Assembly: GCA_040437565.1 (NCBI GenBank) | Contig: JBDOQK010000046.1 | Coordinates: 1 to 64,000, forward strand | From: Albugo candida | Lineage: Eukaryota | Reading direction: 5' to 3' | DNA: 64,000 nt | Part shown: positions 49,051 through 61,516 of the stretch, piece after piece | How positions within the stretch are numbered: position 1 is the stretch's first letter | How the letters are laid out: each line of letters starts with the position of its first letter | The notes under the pieces: model-generated | Databases searched by the model: none | The model's input: the letters and a program-made list of their open reading frames with translations, nothing else | Told to the model about the DNA's origin: nothing | Translations under genes and position numbers: made by a program

Positions 49051-52000
49051 CTATGCCGATTTGTCCTTTCCAGCTCCATTTAAGCGCGCGCGAAACTCCC
49101 GGGCGTGAATGCGCTGGCCGATAAATTTGAGGACTTCATCGATCAGTATCACCGGAAATGAGAACGCCATGACGACCAGCCACTCATTCAAATCTAATGG
49201 CGTCACACTGAAAGTCTCCGCCAAAATATCGACATACAAAATGACAAAGTGCAACGCAAATGACACCAAAATTGCCACCAAGAGGTACGGGTTGCTCCAT
49301 GGAGGTAACGAAATCAAACTCCCGTCTTCGGATAAGGCGTTGAGGGCGTTCAGCATCTCTATGGCCACAAGAACCGACAATGATAATGTGGATGCCGAGC
49401 GTTTGCCAACGGTAAAGTAGCTGCACGGGTCTTTGGAGAAATCGAAGCCGTCGAAATTGTTCACGGTGAAATTATCCCACGTCGAGCATTTGTTCCAATT
49501 CACAAGTTGATCGAATGTGACAAGAGTGTGTCCGTCGCCGGATGCTTCATAAAACATGTACCAGTAGGCAAATGCACCCACACAAGCAAAACCAACGTAG
49601 ATACCGACCACCATATAGCGGAAAAAGACCCAGCCATTGATTAAGACGTCGTNNNNNNNNNNNNNNNNNNNNNNNNNNNNNNNNNNNNNNNNNNNNNNNN
49701 NNNNNNNNNNNNNNNNNNNNNNNNNNNNNNNNNNNNNNNNNNNNNNNNNNNNCGTCACACTGAAAGTCTCCGCCAAAATATCGACATACAAAATGACAAA
49801 GTGCAACGCAAATGACACCAAAATTGCCACCAAGAGGTACGGGTTGCTCCATGGAGGTAACGAAATCAAACTCCCGTCTTCGGATAAGGCGTTGAGGGCG
49901 TTCAGCATCTCTATGGCCACAAGAACCGACAATGATAATGTGGATGCCGAGCGTTTGCCAACGGTAAAGTAGCTGCACGGGTCTTTGGAGAAATCGAAGC
50001 CGTCGAAATTGTTCACGGTGAAATTATCCCACGTCGAGCATTTGTTCCAATTCACAAGTTGATCGAATGTGACAAGAGTGTGTCCGTCGCCGGATGCTTC
50101 ATAAAACATGTACCAGTAGGCAAATGCACCCACACAAGCAAAACCAACGTAGATACCGACCACCATATAGCGGAAAAAGACCCAGCCATTGATTAAGACG
50201 TCGTCCGTACGACGTGGAGGACGTCTCATAATGTCAGCATCCGGCGGGTTGAATCCAAGTGCTGTGGCTGGCGGACCATCGGTCACGAGGTTAACCCACA
50301 ACAACTGCACGGGAATAAGACCTTCAGGAAGTCCCAAAACTGCCGTGAAGAAAATGGCGGCTACTTCTCCAATGTTTGATGATATGAGGTACCGGATGAA
50401 CGCTTGCATGTTGCTGTAAATCGCACGACCCTCTTCAACTGCAGCCACAATAGTAGCAAAGTTATCATCCGCTAGTATCATGTCAGCCGCTTCCTTTGCC
50501 ACTTCAGTTCCTGTGATTCCCATCGCTATTCCAATGTCTGCTTGTTTTAACGCTGGAGCGTCATTGACACCATCTCCAGTCATCGCGGTAACTTCGCCTT
50601 GTTCTTTCAGCATTTTCACCAGTGTTTGCTTGTGTTTAGGTTCAGTGCGAGAAAACACTAATCCACCATTTCCTTGCATCAGATATTGCACCTGTTTTTC
50701 CAGCGACAAGGCAAAGAATTCACCACCAGTGAACGACTTTGTGGTTAAATCTTCTTCGTCGGTGAAAATTCCAATTTTGCGACAGATACTTTCGGCTGTG
50801 AGTTTATTGTCGCCAGTAATCACAATCACTCGAATTCCTGCCGTGTGACACACTTGGATCATCGGTCGAACTTCAGGTCGCGGTGGATCGAGCATGCTGG
50901 CCAATCCAACAAAAGTCAGCTCAGATTCGATCTCTGAGAAATTGTCAGTGCTCTCGAGTTGTTTGTGTGCTGGGTGATGTCTATCACCGTCAAATGAATC
51001 CAACGCCGAGCCCAAGTTCTCTTTTTTTGCAAGACCAATGCATCTCAACGATTTGCTTGCCAATGACGACACCTGTTGCAATATGCTTTCCCGGGCACTT
51101 AAAGTCAACGGTCTGACACTTCCATCACCCAGTTGGACATGCGTACAACGTTGGAGTATGCTTTCGGGCGCACCTTTTACAAATAACACATTCTTGTGCT
51201 TGCCTCCCGATAAAACTGACTCCGATGCTTTGTTCGCACACAAAACTGACATGGACTTTCGATCTCTTGAGAACTCCAATACTGCAAGTTTTGGGTATTG
51301 TTTTTGCCAAAATTCATTGCAGAACTGAACGGCTTCTTGGGGTGATGATTCACGCAAGGCGATAAATTCCTTTTGCTTGACCGAATTCTGGGGGAACCCA
51401 ATTTTCTCCACAAGCACTTTTAAGGCTGCTTCGGTCGGCTCCCCGACACGGGCATACTTGCCATCACGAAGTTCAATAGAAGATTCATTACATAGAGCAC
51501 AAATCGACGCAATCCAAGTCATGCTCGAGTACTTTTGCGGGTCTGCACCGGTCAATTTTCCAATTGGAGCGTACGTATGTCCTTCCACGTCGTATGTGAC
51601 TAGATCTGACTCATTGGTGCCAAAGTGAGAGACGGTAATACATGACATTTCGTTTGTTGTCAACGTTCCCGTTTTGTCGGAACAAATCACCGTAGTGCAC
51701 CCAAGAGTTTCAACTGACGGTAATTTGCGAACAATTGCGTTCCTTTTTGCCATTTTGCGTGTTCCCAGAGCAAGACAGGTGGTGATGACAGCCGGTAGCC
51801 CTTCTGGAATGGCTGCAACCGCTAATGCGACTGCAATTTTAAAGTAATAAATGCAGCCTTTCAATACAGTTCCATGAGCCGGATCAAAAAAGTTGCGGTA
51901 ATTTATCATCCAAACCACCAAACAGATCACACCAATGACTTTAGAAAGCAACTCTCCAAACGCATCCAGTTTTTTCTTTAGCGGAGTAGCTTCCTCTTCA

Positions 52001-52816
52001 CTCGCTGCTTCTTGCACAGACTGCTGTATTTTTCCAATTTCTGTGCTCATTCCAGTCGCAGTCACGACACCACGGCCGATTCCATTCACGACTGTTGTAG
52101 TAGCGTACAGCATATTCGTTTTAGCTTGGATCACATTCTCCGTGTTCTCAGGTAGCTGATCCATTACTTTATTCACAGATGTGCTCTCTCCGGTCATTTG
52201 AGCTTGTTCCACGCGTATTGCGGTCGTAGTCATTGATACCAATCGACAATCAGCGGGTACTTTGTCGCCCACACGAATTTCCACGATGTCGCCAGGGACC
52301 AGTTCTCGTGTTGGGATCGTTTGCATTCGGCCGTCTCGTAGAACACGTGCGTTTTCAGGCTGTAATTCTTTCAGTGCTTCCAAAGCTGCTTCTGCATTGG
52401 ACTCTTGCCAGACGCCAACAATGGCATTGAGAACTAGAATCGTCAGAATTACGATCGGCTCCACGTACGCAGAGACTCCTTCCGATGCAGCATCCGCGTC
52501 ACCAGAGTGATCAAAATAAGCCAATAAAAATGAGACAGCTGCAGCACCAAGGAGAATTTTGACCAATGCGTCGTCGAATTGCTCCAAGACCAATTTCCAA
52601 AGCGAAGTTTTTTCTTCTTTTGCCAATTCATTCCATCCAAATGTTCTCCGTTGTTCATTTACTTGGTCAGTGCTTAATCCATTGCTCTCCTTGACGTTGA
52701 AGTGAGTCAGGACGTCCGCAGTACGTGCCTAAAAGATACCACAATTCATTTAATTATGGCAAGTCTTGATGGGATAGATACGAAAGGAATGGCATAATTA
52801 CCACTTCATATCGCAT
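49051..52816 (-). CDS. SERCA: SERCA-type P2A Ca2+-ATPase (short first exon MRYEV, intron 52729-52801; about 450 bp duplicated across a gap)
   Basis: [59 protein letters not shown]. Confidence 0.96.
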
Positions 52817-53387
52817 AGTTGCTATCTAATTTGCGAAATGGACGGTCGAGTAGTAGTGCTAATGCGCTCGTTTGCGTGAAAAAAGGAGGGCGCTTTCGTG
52901 GCGGTGAAAAAAATTTGTGGCTTTGATACAAAGATTTTTATCAGCTTTGAATTGCCAAATGAATTGATCAGAGTTCAAAATGAATCGTTCGAACCTAACG
53001 TAGGTTGCGTACCTTTCGACAAGGTTTCATTGCATGCATTTGACTGCGTTAATAAGCGGTATCCAGCGGAGCTCCTTTAAAAAGGCTTGTAGGTAAAAAC
53101 TGATTTTTCAGTCTTTTCAGTTCGAAAAGCGACATTAACACGCACGTTCGAGACAAGATACACCATATTAGTACCTAATTTCCATAATTTGCACGTGGAG
53201 ACCGTAACCATCCGCTGAAGCGATGCACTTCTTCCAGGAATGTGAATCTCCTCTACCCCACTTGCATAAGTTTACTTGCAAGTGAGCACCGTATTATAAT
53301 TGCTCTTGAGACTGTATACAATTCTATATCCTTATAAACGCGAGATGGGACAAAAATAGGAGCTCAGACGTCAAATTTCCTCATAGA

Positions 53388-53972
53388 ATGATATCCTTTG
53401 GCATCCGCAAAAGTTTCCAAGAAATCAAGCGTTTGGCAGGATTTTTTCGTTTTGGTTGCCCAAAGGAGGAAATATTGAAGGATGGAATTTGTCGAAAGAG
53501 AAGGAAACGAGGACGGATGTTGAAGTCTTTATGCTCCAAAATCAGAATTTGTGTATCGAAAATGAGGCACAGAAGAAATCATTCGACTAAACAATCCGGC
53601 TTTCATTGCTGCTGGGAACCTCTAGTGACATCGTATTCGCTTAGATTTAGAGACGTAGAGGGCTGTAGTAGTCCGGTCGTAGACTTGACAAGTAGCAGTA
53701 CACGTGATACGCAATGCACGCGGTCAGATAGTATTCATTTTGGAGATTCGCTTGTGGCGTCATTTCAATGTAACGAGCTTACCTCACGGGAGAATGGAAT
53801 TTGTCAGAACTGTCGAAGAACGTTTCGGCTTCGATGGAGCCGATTCCAGGATTTCTGTAATTTGGATTGTAAAACAGCATCTCGCCTTCGACATGATGCC
53901 AACTCACCCAGCACAAGCAGCTCAATGGATGTATCTCTTTCCTACTCATGTATCATCTCAAAGAGCATTTGA
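53388..53972 (+). CDS. Small hypothetical protein with FCS-type zinc finger (start could be the later Met, MLKSL)
   Basis: CQNCRRTFRLRWSRFQDFCNLDC = C-x2-C-x13-FC-x3-C. Confidence 0.6.
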   Translation: MISFGIRKSFQEIKRLAGFFRFGCPKEEILKDGICRKRRKRGRMLKSLCSKIRICVSKMRHRRNHSTKQSGFHCCWEPLVTSYSLRFRDVEGCSSPVVDLTSSSTRDTQCTRSDSIHFGDSLVASFQCNELTSRENGICQNCRRTFRLRWSRFQDFCNLDCKTASRLRHDANSPSTSSSMDVSLSYSCIISKSI

Positions 53973-54034
53973 AGTCATCAAGAACGAACCATTTCGGCAC
54001 CAAGACTTAACGTACTCACTAAACGTGCTATCTA

Positions 54035-55194
54035 TCAAAGTCCCAAATTCGCAAAAGCTTTCATCTGTTCCGCGGACAACCGTGCAAGAGTTTCTTCAAA
54101 CATTGGTTCGTCGTGGTAATAAATCAAAGCAGCCTGGAATTCTTCAAGATCAACATTATTCGCCTCACATAAAGACGCAGTGATTTGGTTTGTTCGATGT
54201 AGATACGCCTTTGAGATTCTCTCCCAGCATTCCGGATTTCTCATATCAGAATCCATCTCATTGGACTGTTTTGACCAGAAATTCCATTTGGAAGTCGAAG
54301 ACGAAGATTTCTCTTTTTCTTCCGCAACGATTTCTTCCATCCCTTTGGTGATGGCAGGGATCAGTTTTTCGACCATTTCAAGTATCAAATCAAGCGGAAT
54401 CTCTGGCCTATCACCCTGTTCGACACTGAGTCAGAAACCAAGCTCTAAATTTCATCTCCTTTTACCTTTTTTGAAAACTGATGAGTGGGTCCCGGCTTTG
54501 GAAATAGTGATTCTCGTGAGCCTGTGCATCTCCACCGCATTCGACCAAGTCGTTGAATATAAGCATCAATTTCTCCGCTTTCCGTTGGTGAGATACCTCC
54601 ATTTGACCCTTTTCCTGGCAAATTTCCTTGAATCATACTTTCAATCGCTTCCTGAACCTGTTCTTTGGCATAGCCATACTCTTTGAAAACTTCATCCTGA
54701 ACCGCTTCTAACGCGCTTTCAAAAGCGAGTGACATATGAAGAGCTCGTTGTTCCGTCGTCGTTCGCGTGAACGATTCTTTTTTTCTCAAAGCTTCTTTTT
54801 CTCGATTTTTTTCTCGTTGTATTTTAGATTCCAATTGAGCGAGTAACAGCGCAGTGCGCTTTTCCATTTTCTTATCGATTTCAGCGTATATTTCAAGAAG
54901 AGCGCTAACATTCCGAATAGAGCGACCTTTTTCGTGCCCATCGTTTTTTTTCTCCAACATCGACGGCGATTGCATCGAGATGACCAGCCCCGCGACGAGT
55001 ACAACGATACTCGCGCTCATGTTGCCCGTAGTATCGATTTCAGGCAATAAAGAGGGCAGAAAAGAACGAGTTTGATAGACAGATGCATAGCTTCTTTGAA
55101 ATGTATTTTGTATTGCAGAAGCTGCACACCGCGTTGCGATTCTAGCTCGGATATTGCCGATTAAATGAGCGGATTTCCATCGTGGCATAATCAT
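54035..55194 (-). CDS. Hypothetical protein (possible mitochondrial presequence, one TM segment, helical domain); two exons
   Basis: ORFs 54445-55194 and 54035-54388 join in frame through a GT-AG intron at 54416-54465 with a CTGAC branch site. N-terminus is Arg-rich and acid-poor. Confidence 0.72.
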
Positions 55195-55294
55195 GATACG
55201 ATACCCTGCTATTGGCTGAAATACTAATTTACACGCTATGATTGGTTGAAAATCGTTATTGTCGCTCGCCTTTCAATTAGCGAGCAGCTTTTTG
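55195..55294. promoter_or_regulatory. Candidate 100-bp bidirectional promoter with two CCAAT boxes
   Basis: Head-to-head starts at 55194 (-) and 55295 (+); ATTGG at 55211 and 55241. Confidence 0.55.
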
Positions 55295-56224
55295 ATGATG
55301 ACATTGAGCAATCTGCTGCTGAATACAGAAGAGATTCTAGAGCTTAAAATTCATCCACTGGTAATCTTTCAAATCCTTGATCGGTATGTTCGTCGACCAG
55401 AAGAGCAAGATCGTGTTATAGGGACGCTCTTGGGCGTAATAGAGAATGGAATTGCTCAAGTGACAAATAGCATCGCGGTCCCTCATTTAGACAATGGCGA
55501 TGAAGTCGCAATTCGACACGATTTTCACGCTCAGATGGTTGAGCTGAATCAGCAAGTAAATGACCAAGAAGTCATCGTGGGCTGGTACGCAACAAACGAC
55601 AGCGGGAAGGCATTGTTGGACGATTTTACTGGATCGATCCATGACTTTTACAGTACCACTTGTGAACTCCCCGTGCATTTGCTTGTTGATACTAGTCTAC
55701 GGAATGATGATTTATCAATCCATGCATTCATCAGCTCGCCTTTGGACGTTTTAGAGCCAACATCTGTGTTACAATTCAAGCAGATTCAAGTTTCCAACAT
55801 CCTCCCAGAATCACAAATAATTGCATGTAAGAATTTCTCGATACTCAATTCTGTAAAATGTGCGTCAATGTGATGTGTAGTGAGCTCCATGGCCAAGCCA
55901 GTGGTAAAGGAAGACGAACAAGTTGCAAAAGTTAGTGGCATTCCCAATGGACTAGAGGCTTTGGAAGCAGCAATGGAGCAGCTTTACGTGTACATTGAGG
56001 AAGCGTTATCCTACGTCGATGACGTCGTGGATGGGAAGATCTCACAGCCAGATCTTAAAATGGGTCGCGAAATGGCGGATGCACTCGCATCCATTCCATT
56101 AATATCAAAAGATCAAATGGATCAGATTGTCAACAGCGGTGTGCAAGATCTTTTGATGACATCGTATCTAGCCGGTCTTACAAAAGCACAACTGTGTATT
56201 ACGGAAAAGCTCATTAATTCTTGA
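55295..56224 (+). CDS. EIF3F: Translation initiation factor 3 subunit F (MPN domain); intron about 55828-55880
   Basis: HPLVIFQILDRYVRR...RVIGTLLG, VIVGWYAT, PVHLLVDT, QDLLMTSYLAGLTKAQLCITEKL. Confidence 0.9.
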
Positions 56225-56388
56225 TCAATTTGATTCGTCTGTTACGTTGTCTCCTTCTCAAAATCTCCAGACTATTTGACTGCTCAAAAGCAGCTTTCCT
56301 CTGATACTTACGGTCAGCATTTTGGATGCTTCACAGAACATCCGATGCAATGAAAGCCGTTATAAATAAATTCTAAGCTCGAGTCCGT

Positions 56389-57114
56389 CTAATTGATCAC
56401 TACAAAAGATGAGTCGATAGTGGTCTCCTTCAATTCCTCATGCTCAAAAGCCCGCGAAGATTGCATTCCCCTCGACTGAAGTCGCATAGATGCACTCATT
56501 TCTTCTGCTTGAAGATGCCATGACGAAGATAAAAAGAACCTTGATCCGGATGCTTCAATCGTCCTTCCAGCTTGCTGCGACGCGTCCAAACTAAGCGGTG
56601 CGACATAATCATTATCCAAGGATTCGAAAGTTTGGTCGTTCGAGTTCACGTCAGAAAATGTCGATTGGTCGATTACTGTTTTGTTCAATGATTTTGTCTC
56701 ATTTGAGAATTGATTCGAGTCTGCCGACACAAAATTGGGAGAAAAATTTGGATCGTCTTCCAATTGCACACAGATTGGCTCCTTTCCATCCCATTCTTCC
56801 AAATCGACTATATGTACGATAAGTGAGGTATTTTGAGCATCAAAAGTTTTCTGCAAAGCTTTTCGTAGGCATTGATCCGAACCACATGTGATGTATCGTG
56901 TCGCATTATCTGCGTCTTCTGAAAGAAAACGCAGGAGAATTGAAGCATTGCTGTGACTTTTCAGACATTCCCTTGTGATTTTGTGGATGTACTGCTGACC
57001 CGCAGCGAATAAGTACCATCCATCGAGTGGAATCGGGTCAAGATGTGTGTCTTTTGGGAACGTAAGGATGCAACACGCACGTACAATATCTGTATTGTAA
57101 GGACCACCACCCAT
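56389..57114 (-). CDS. Hypothetical protein
   Basis: 241-codon ATG-started ORF within the gene-dense block; no motif recognised. Confidence 0.5.
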   Translation of the reverse strand: MGGGPYNTDIVRACCILTFPKDTHLDPIPLDGWYLFAAGQQYIHKITRECLKSHSNASILLRFLSEDADNATRYITCGSDQCLRKALQKTFDAQNTSLIVHIVDLEEWDGKEPICVQLEDDPNFSPNFVSADSNQFSNETKSLNKTVIDQSTFSDVNSNDQTFESLDNDYVAPLSLDASQQAGRTIEASGSRFFLSSSWHLQAEEMSASMRLQSRGMQSSRAFEHEELKETTIDSSFVVIN

Positions 57115-57698
57115 GGATCAGCAGTTACTCTATTAGTATCGCTCTCTGTAATGCTATAAGAACAGATATATGTCCGAGTACAAGGTTTTCAAAGCCAGCT
57201 ATTCTCGACCGTTTTATGTTCTCGCGTCCGCTTGCTTCTGCCACGTGACATAGGTGTGGTAACTGATATCGAGCAGCGTTATGTTTGAAAACGCAGGTAT
57301 TGTTCAATCAGTATAAATATCGTAATGTTGCTATAAATGGCTAAACTTGCACGATAACTGTCAAGCGCTAATGTTCAAATGGCCAGATGCAACCGCTTCG
57401 CCACATTTTCTCCTTCTTGTACTATTGAAGAAGCAATAAGCACAGAGAATTCGCAACGTAAAGGCACAGCGACGAAAGGCAGAAGGTCTGACAAAATTCT
57501 ACTCGGCAGTTCTTCGAACACAAGCCCTTTCTCTTCAAGTGCTTCGACTTGCTACTTTTCACTCATAACGATCTTGACGTCCATGATCATAACATGATAT
57601 CAATTTCTAACGCGAAGATATATTTGATATCAGATAATAGCTATATCCATTGTTGGCTCAATTGAAAGTTAGTTGCATTCTTTACCAGAGCCCCCTCG

Positions 57699-58638
57699 AT
57701 GCTGTCTCACATCACCACACGCACGAGCGAAAAGCGATTTGCCACCAGAATAATCCGATTTATCGATGAAAATGGCCATATTTGTAGTGGGCAAGCACCT
57801 CCGCCCAACACCGCTACTCTTTGCAAAGGAACTGTGGTGGAACTGATTGGCAACGATACTTCTTCTCGAGAGCAAATTCTAACTGGGAAAACTGCAGTGA
57901 TAAAAAAACTGCTTATGCCGATCGTTCCTTCTCAAATCATAGGAATTGGTTTGAATTATCGAAAGCACGCTCAAGAAACCAATAAACCTGAACCCATGCA
58001 TCCTGTCGTATTCATGAAAGCTTTAAATTCATTAGAAGACCCCGAACAGCCCATCCGAATTCCTCGAATTGCAAGCAATCCACCAGAGGTGGATTATGAA
58101 TGCGAACTCGCAGTTCTATTGAACAAAGATTGTAGAAATGTATCGAAAAGTGAAGCCTTATCATTTGTTGCTGGTTACACATGTGCGAATGACGTTTCTG
58201 CACGTCGTTGGCAAGGTGCAAAGGGTGGGAGCCAGTGGATTCGAGCCAAAAGTTTTGATACTTTTTGCCCAATTGGTCCAGTCCTTGTGACTCCGCGCGA
58301 AATTCCGGATCCACAAAAGCTACGGCTCAGCACTCGTGTGAATGGCGAACTTTTGCAGCAATCCAGTACCAGCGACATGATATTCGATGTCGCAGAGCTG
58401 ATAAGTCAACTTTCACAAGACACCACCTTGATCAAAAACACCTTGATTCTCACTGGAACACCAGAGGCATGATTTGTTATACTTGATCGCTAACGATTCT
58501 GACTATTCGCTACTACTGCAGGGCGTAGGATTTGCTATGAATCCACCGAGATTTCTGAAACCAGGAGACTCTGTGCACGTTGAGATCGAAAATATCGGCA
58601 TCCTTAAAAATCCTGTAACGGCAGCTGCAGCATTATAG
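57699..58638 (+). CDS. Fumarylacetoacetate hydrolase domain protein (FAHD-like), with GC-AG intron 58467-58521
   Basis: IGIGLNYRKH, PVVFMK, VDYECELAV, GYTCANDVSAR, KSFDTFCPIGP, LILTGTPE|GVG..PPRFLKPGDSVHVEIENIGILKNPV. Confidence 0.93.
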
Positions 58639-61516
58639 ATATTCATCAATAAATGATTTATGGATTGAGATAATGCCTCCAATCCCATTTAGTCATGTTC
58701 GATCACAAGGCGTCCTATTCTGCATATGTTATGCACGAAGAAATTCAACATCAGCTTGGGCTTTCAGATGACCAAGATGATGACATATATATATATGATG
58801 TCTAGATGCCGACGAGCTTAGAGTAAATCTTGGTCTTCAAGTTTGCTTCTAAATTATCGATTGGTCGACACTGGAGCTCCATAGAAAATATCTGCCACAA
58901 ATCAGTGAACAAGCCTGATTGACGTGTTCGTATAGCTGGCCAGAGTGTTACCCTTCCCTTTCAGTCTTGATGCATTACATAGCTGCTCGCTTGAGTCTCG
59001 TGTTTGACGATTGATGTTGAGTTAGGCGAGCATTTCGAATATGAAACCACTCCGACATGACTCACTTCCTACAAGGCAATGCAATGCCGAAGACTCGGCA
59101 GAAAATATCATCATCCCAGAGGTCAAGAAGACACCGCAAGAAAACGAACTGCGGCAGGCAACCTCCTTCATGCATGAATATCATTTGATGGACCCGCCAA
59201 CAATGCAGAACCGCTGGTGTTGTGCATCATACCTTCGGTCTCCAAGTTACTCATGTGTTTGGCGTTTTTGCTTTCTAGCTCTGATAATGGGTATTTATCG
59301 CATGAGCTGATGAGTCGAAGGAATACAGGATTGCTTGTTCTCTTCTGCTGTATTGGTATCATATTTAGTATTTCGTCCACCATCCTCTCAATCATCTTGT
59401 ACAACACAATTGGATGTTGACTTGAGCGCGATGATCCATTGCTTGACTTTGCTACTATTGCTATCAATTGCATAAAACAAGCAAACAGTTAGGAAGCTCG
59501 ATTTGGAACTATGAGCACCCAAGAAAGCGCGATCAAGGCATTATTGACGACATATCCTGCAGACTGTACGAACCCGCATACAACGATAACATTTACATTA
59601 TTCGCACCGGGGTAGAAATACAGGCTTTCACAAATGGAAGCACTTGGCAGCTCCAAGTCCTCTTGGTCGTAACATAAAGCACGCTCAAGCTTGAGCGATA
59701 CAATCGGAATGAAGGATATTTGACCTCATGCGTGAAGGTGCAAAAGTCATGGAAGAAGTTGACACGTACTTCTCTATACGATAAGATGGCGTACAAGCAC
59801 AAATCTCGTATGCGGAATAGGATTTCATCATACCAGGTGTCGCAGAAACGATGGTTCTGAGATCTTAAGAAAATGAGATGCTAACAGTAATATCAAAGTA
59901 CCCATACAAGCGGAACGCAACTATTGAAACAGGTGCATGTCATATCAGTGTATCATGATCGCTAGAGAAAGGTTGTGTAGTATGGTTGATCAAAGCAGAT
60001 GTGGTGAAGTAGTATTACTGATTTGCAGTGTCATAAGGTCAGTTTCGTGATGATTGAATAGAACTGAGTATTGCGCATGCTGTATGATTTCCTGAGATAA
60101 ATGTTCTCCTAAACGATTTACCTTATCGAATTATTGCAAGCGAGTCGAGTTCTACTGATCCATTATTTGCTGTGTACCCGCATAGTGGATTTTTGTAATG
60201 CTGAGAGGTACGTTGGGCCTCCATATTGCAAACATGATGCGGTGAATCGTACTGTGGTGAGTATCTGCTTGGAATCGTAAAGTTGCTGAATGGCACGGAC
60301 AAGATCATTCACCATATCAGCTGTTATGCAAGCACCCGAGTTGTCATCCGGTACATACTTCCATCTATCTTTTTTTTTGTAAGTAATAGTACCGGATGAC
60401 ACGACTGTTTCACCTCCTTGCATCTGTTCATATTTTCGTAACAAAAGCTTCGGCGAGTCCGATAATTTAACAAGTCAATTAGACATACTCTCGAAGTTGT
60501 TTCTCGTTACGCATGATTAGGCTGGCTACAATACTGGTCATTTGCGATCGTCTTTCTCAATCTTCAGTGGCTCGTTCGTACTATGCAATTCATCGTAACA
60601 CGTATACTATTCGATTTAAAGACCAAAGATCGGTGAGGTCTCGATCGCTAGTCGATGAAAATTCGAAGTTATCGGATCACGAACGATGGTGCTATCACAC
60701 ATGAATGCCGGTGGTTGGGTTTAAAGATGTGATCGAAAATTTATTTGACTGCATTGAGTAAATAAAAATGTGTGCTTATAATTGGTCGATCGCTCCTGAG
60801 AAGTTGTTTGCTCTTAAACTTTTAATTGTAGAGTATGGGTGTGGAGAAGATTTATGCGACCGATGCGATTGGCATTTATTTTAGTTTACTGTAGTAGGAA
60901 GCTAACTATGCGAAGAATTTGATTCAGCAGACCATTTGAAATAGTAACATCTCTACTTTTCAACTAGTAAGCAGTTTCGTCGGATTTCTCGAGTGTGTGT
61001 CCATGTTTGGTGCCACACGAGATCAGTTCCTTGCGGATAATTGGTAGTGACAGAAAGAGTAGGTTAACGTGACCACGCACTATCCAGCATTGGTGAACAT
61101 AATTGGCGACTGCGGCACTTTGATTTAATGCCACACGGAATTAGATGCTTCAAGGCGCTTTGATGCTGCCTTCACAATCAGAGGGCGAGCTTTTGGATAC
61201 AGAGTGAACATGAAAGCAGCGGAATAAATGCCATAGCTTGATGTAGCGGTATAGACGCAATCAAAAGACTTTCATAAAGCTCCGTTTTCGGCATTCTTGA
61301 CAAGTCATGGATCTCACCAGACATGGTACCAATAAAAGCTAGTTTTCGCATCAGTCACTTGAGGCTTGGCTCTAAATATCTAACAAAGCTTACACAGATA
61401 GCGCAGCTATGCTAAGCGACAACAATATTACTAAGTGGTGTTTCATTAATAGTTTCAATCTGATATAGATACTACGTCATGAACGCTCCGCCTAAACCAT
61501 TTTGCTCCCGTACAAG

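Noticed and set aside
49201-50204. SERCA with duplicated C-terminal TM segments (1191-aa ORF)
   Set aside because: Identical sequence on both sides of the gap; artefact.
59041-60450. Possible decayed membrane-protein gene and further fragments
   Set aside because: Hydrophobic stretch and broken ORFs, but no family motif recognisable without a BLASTx search.
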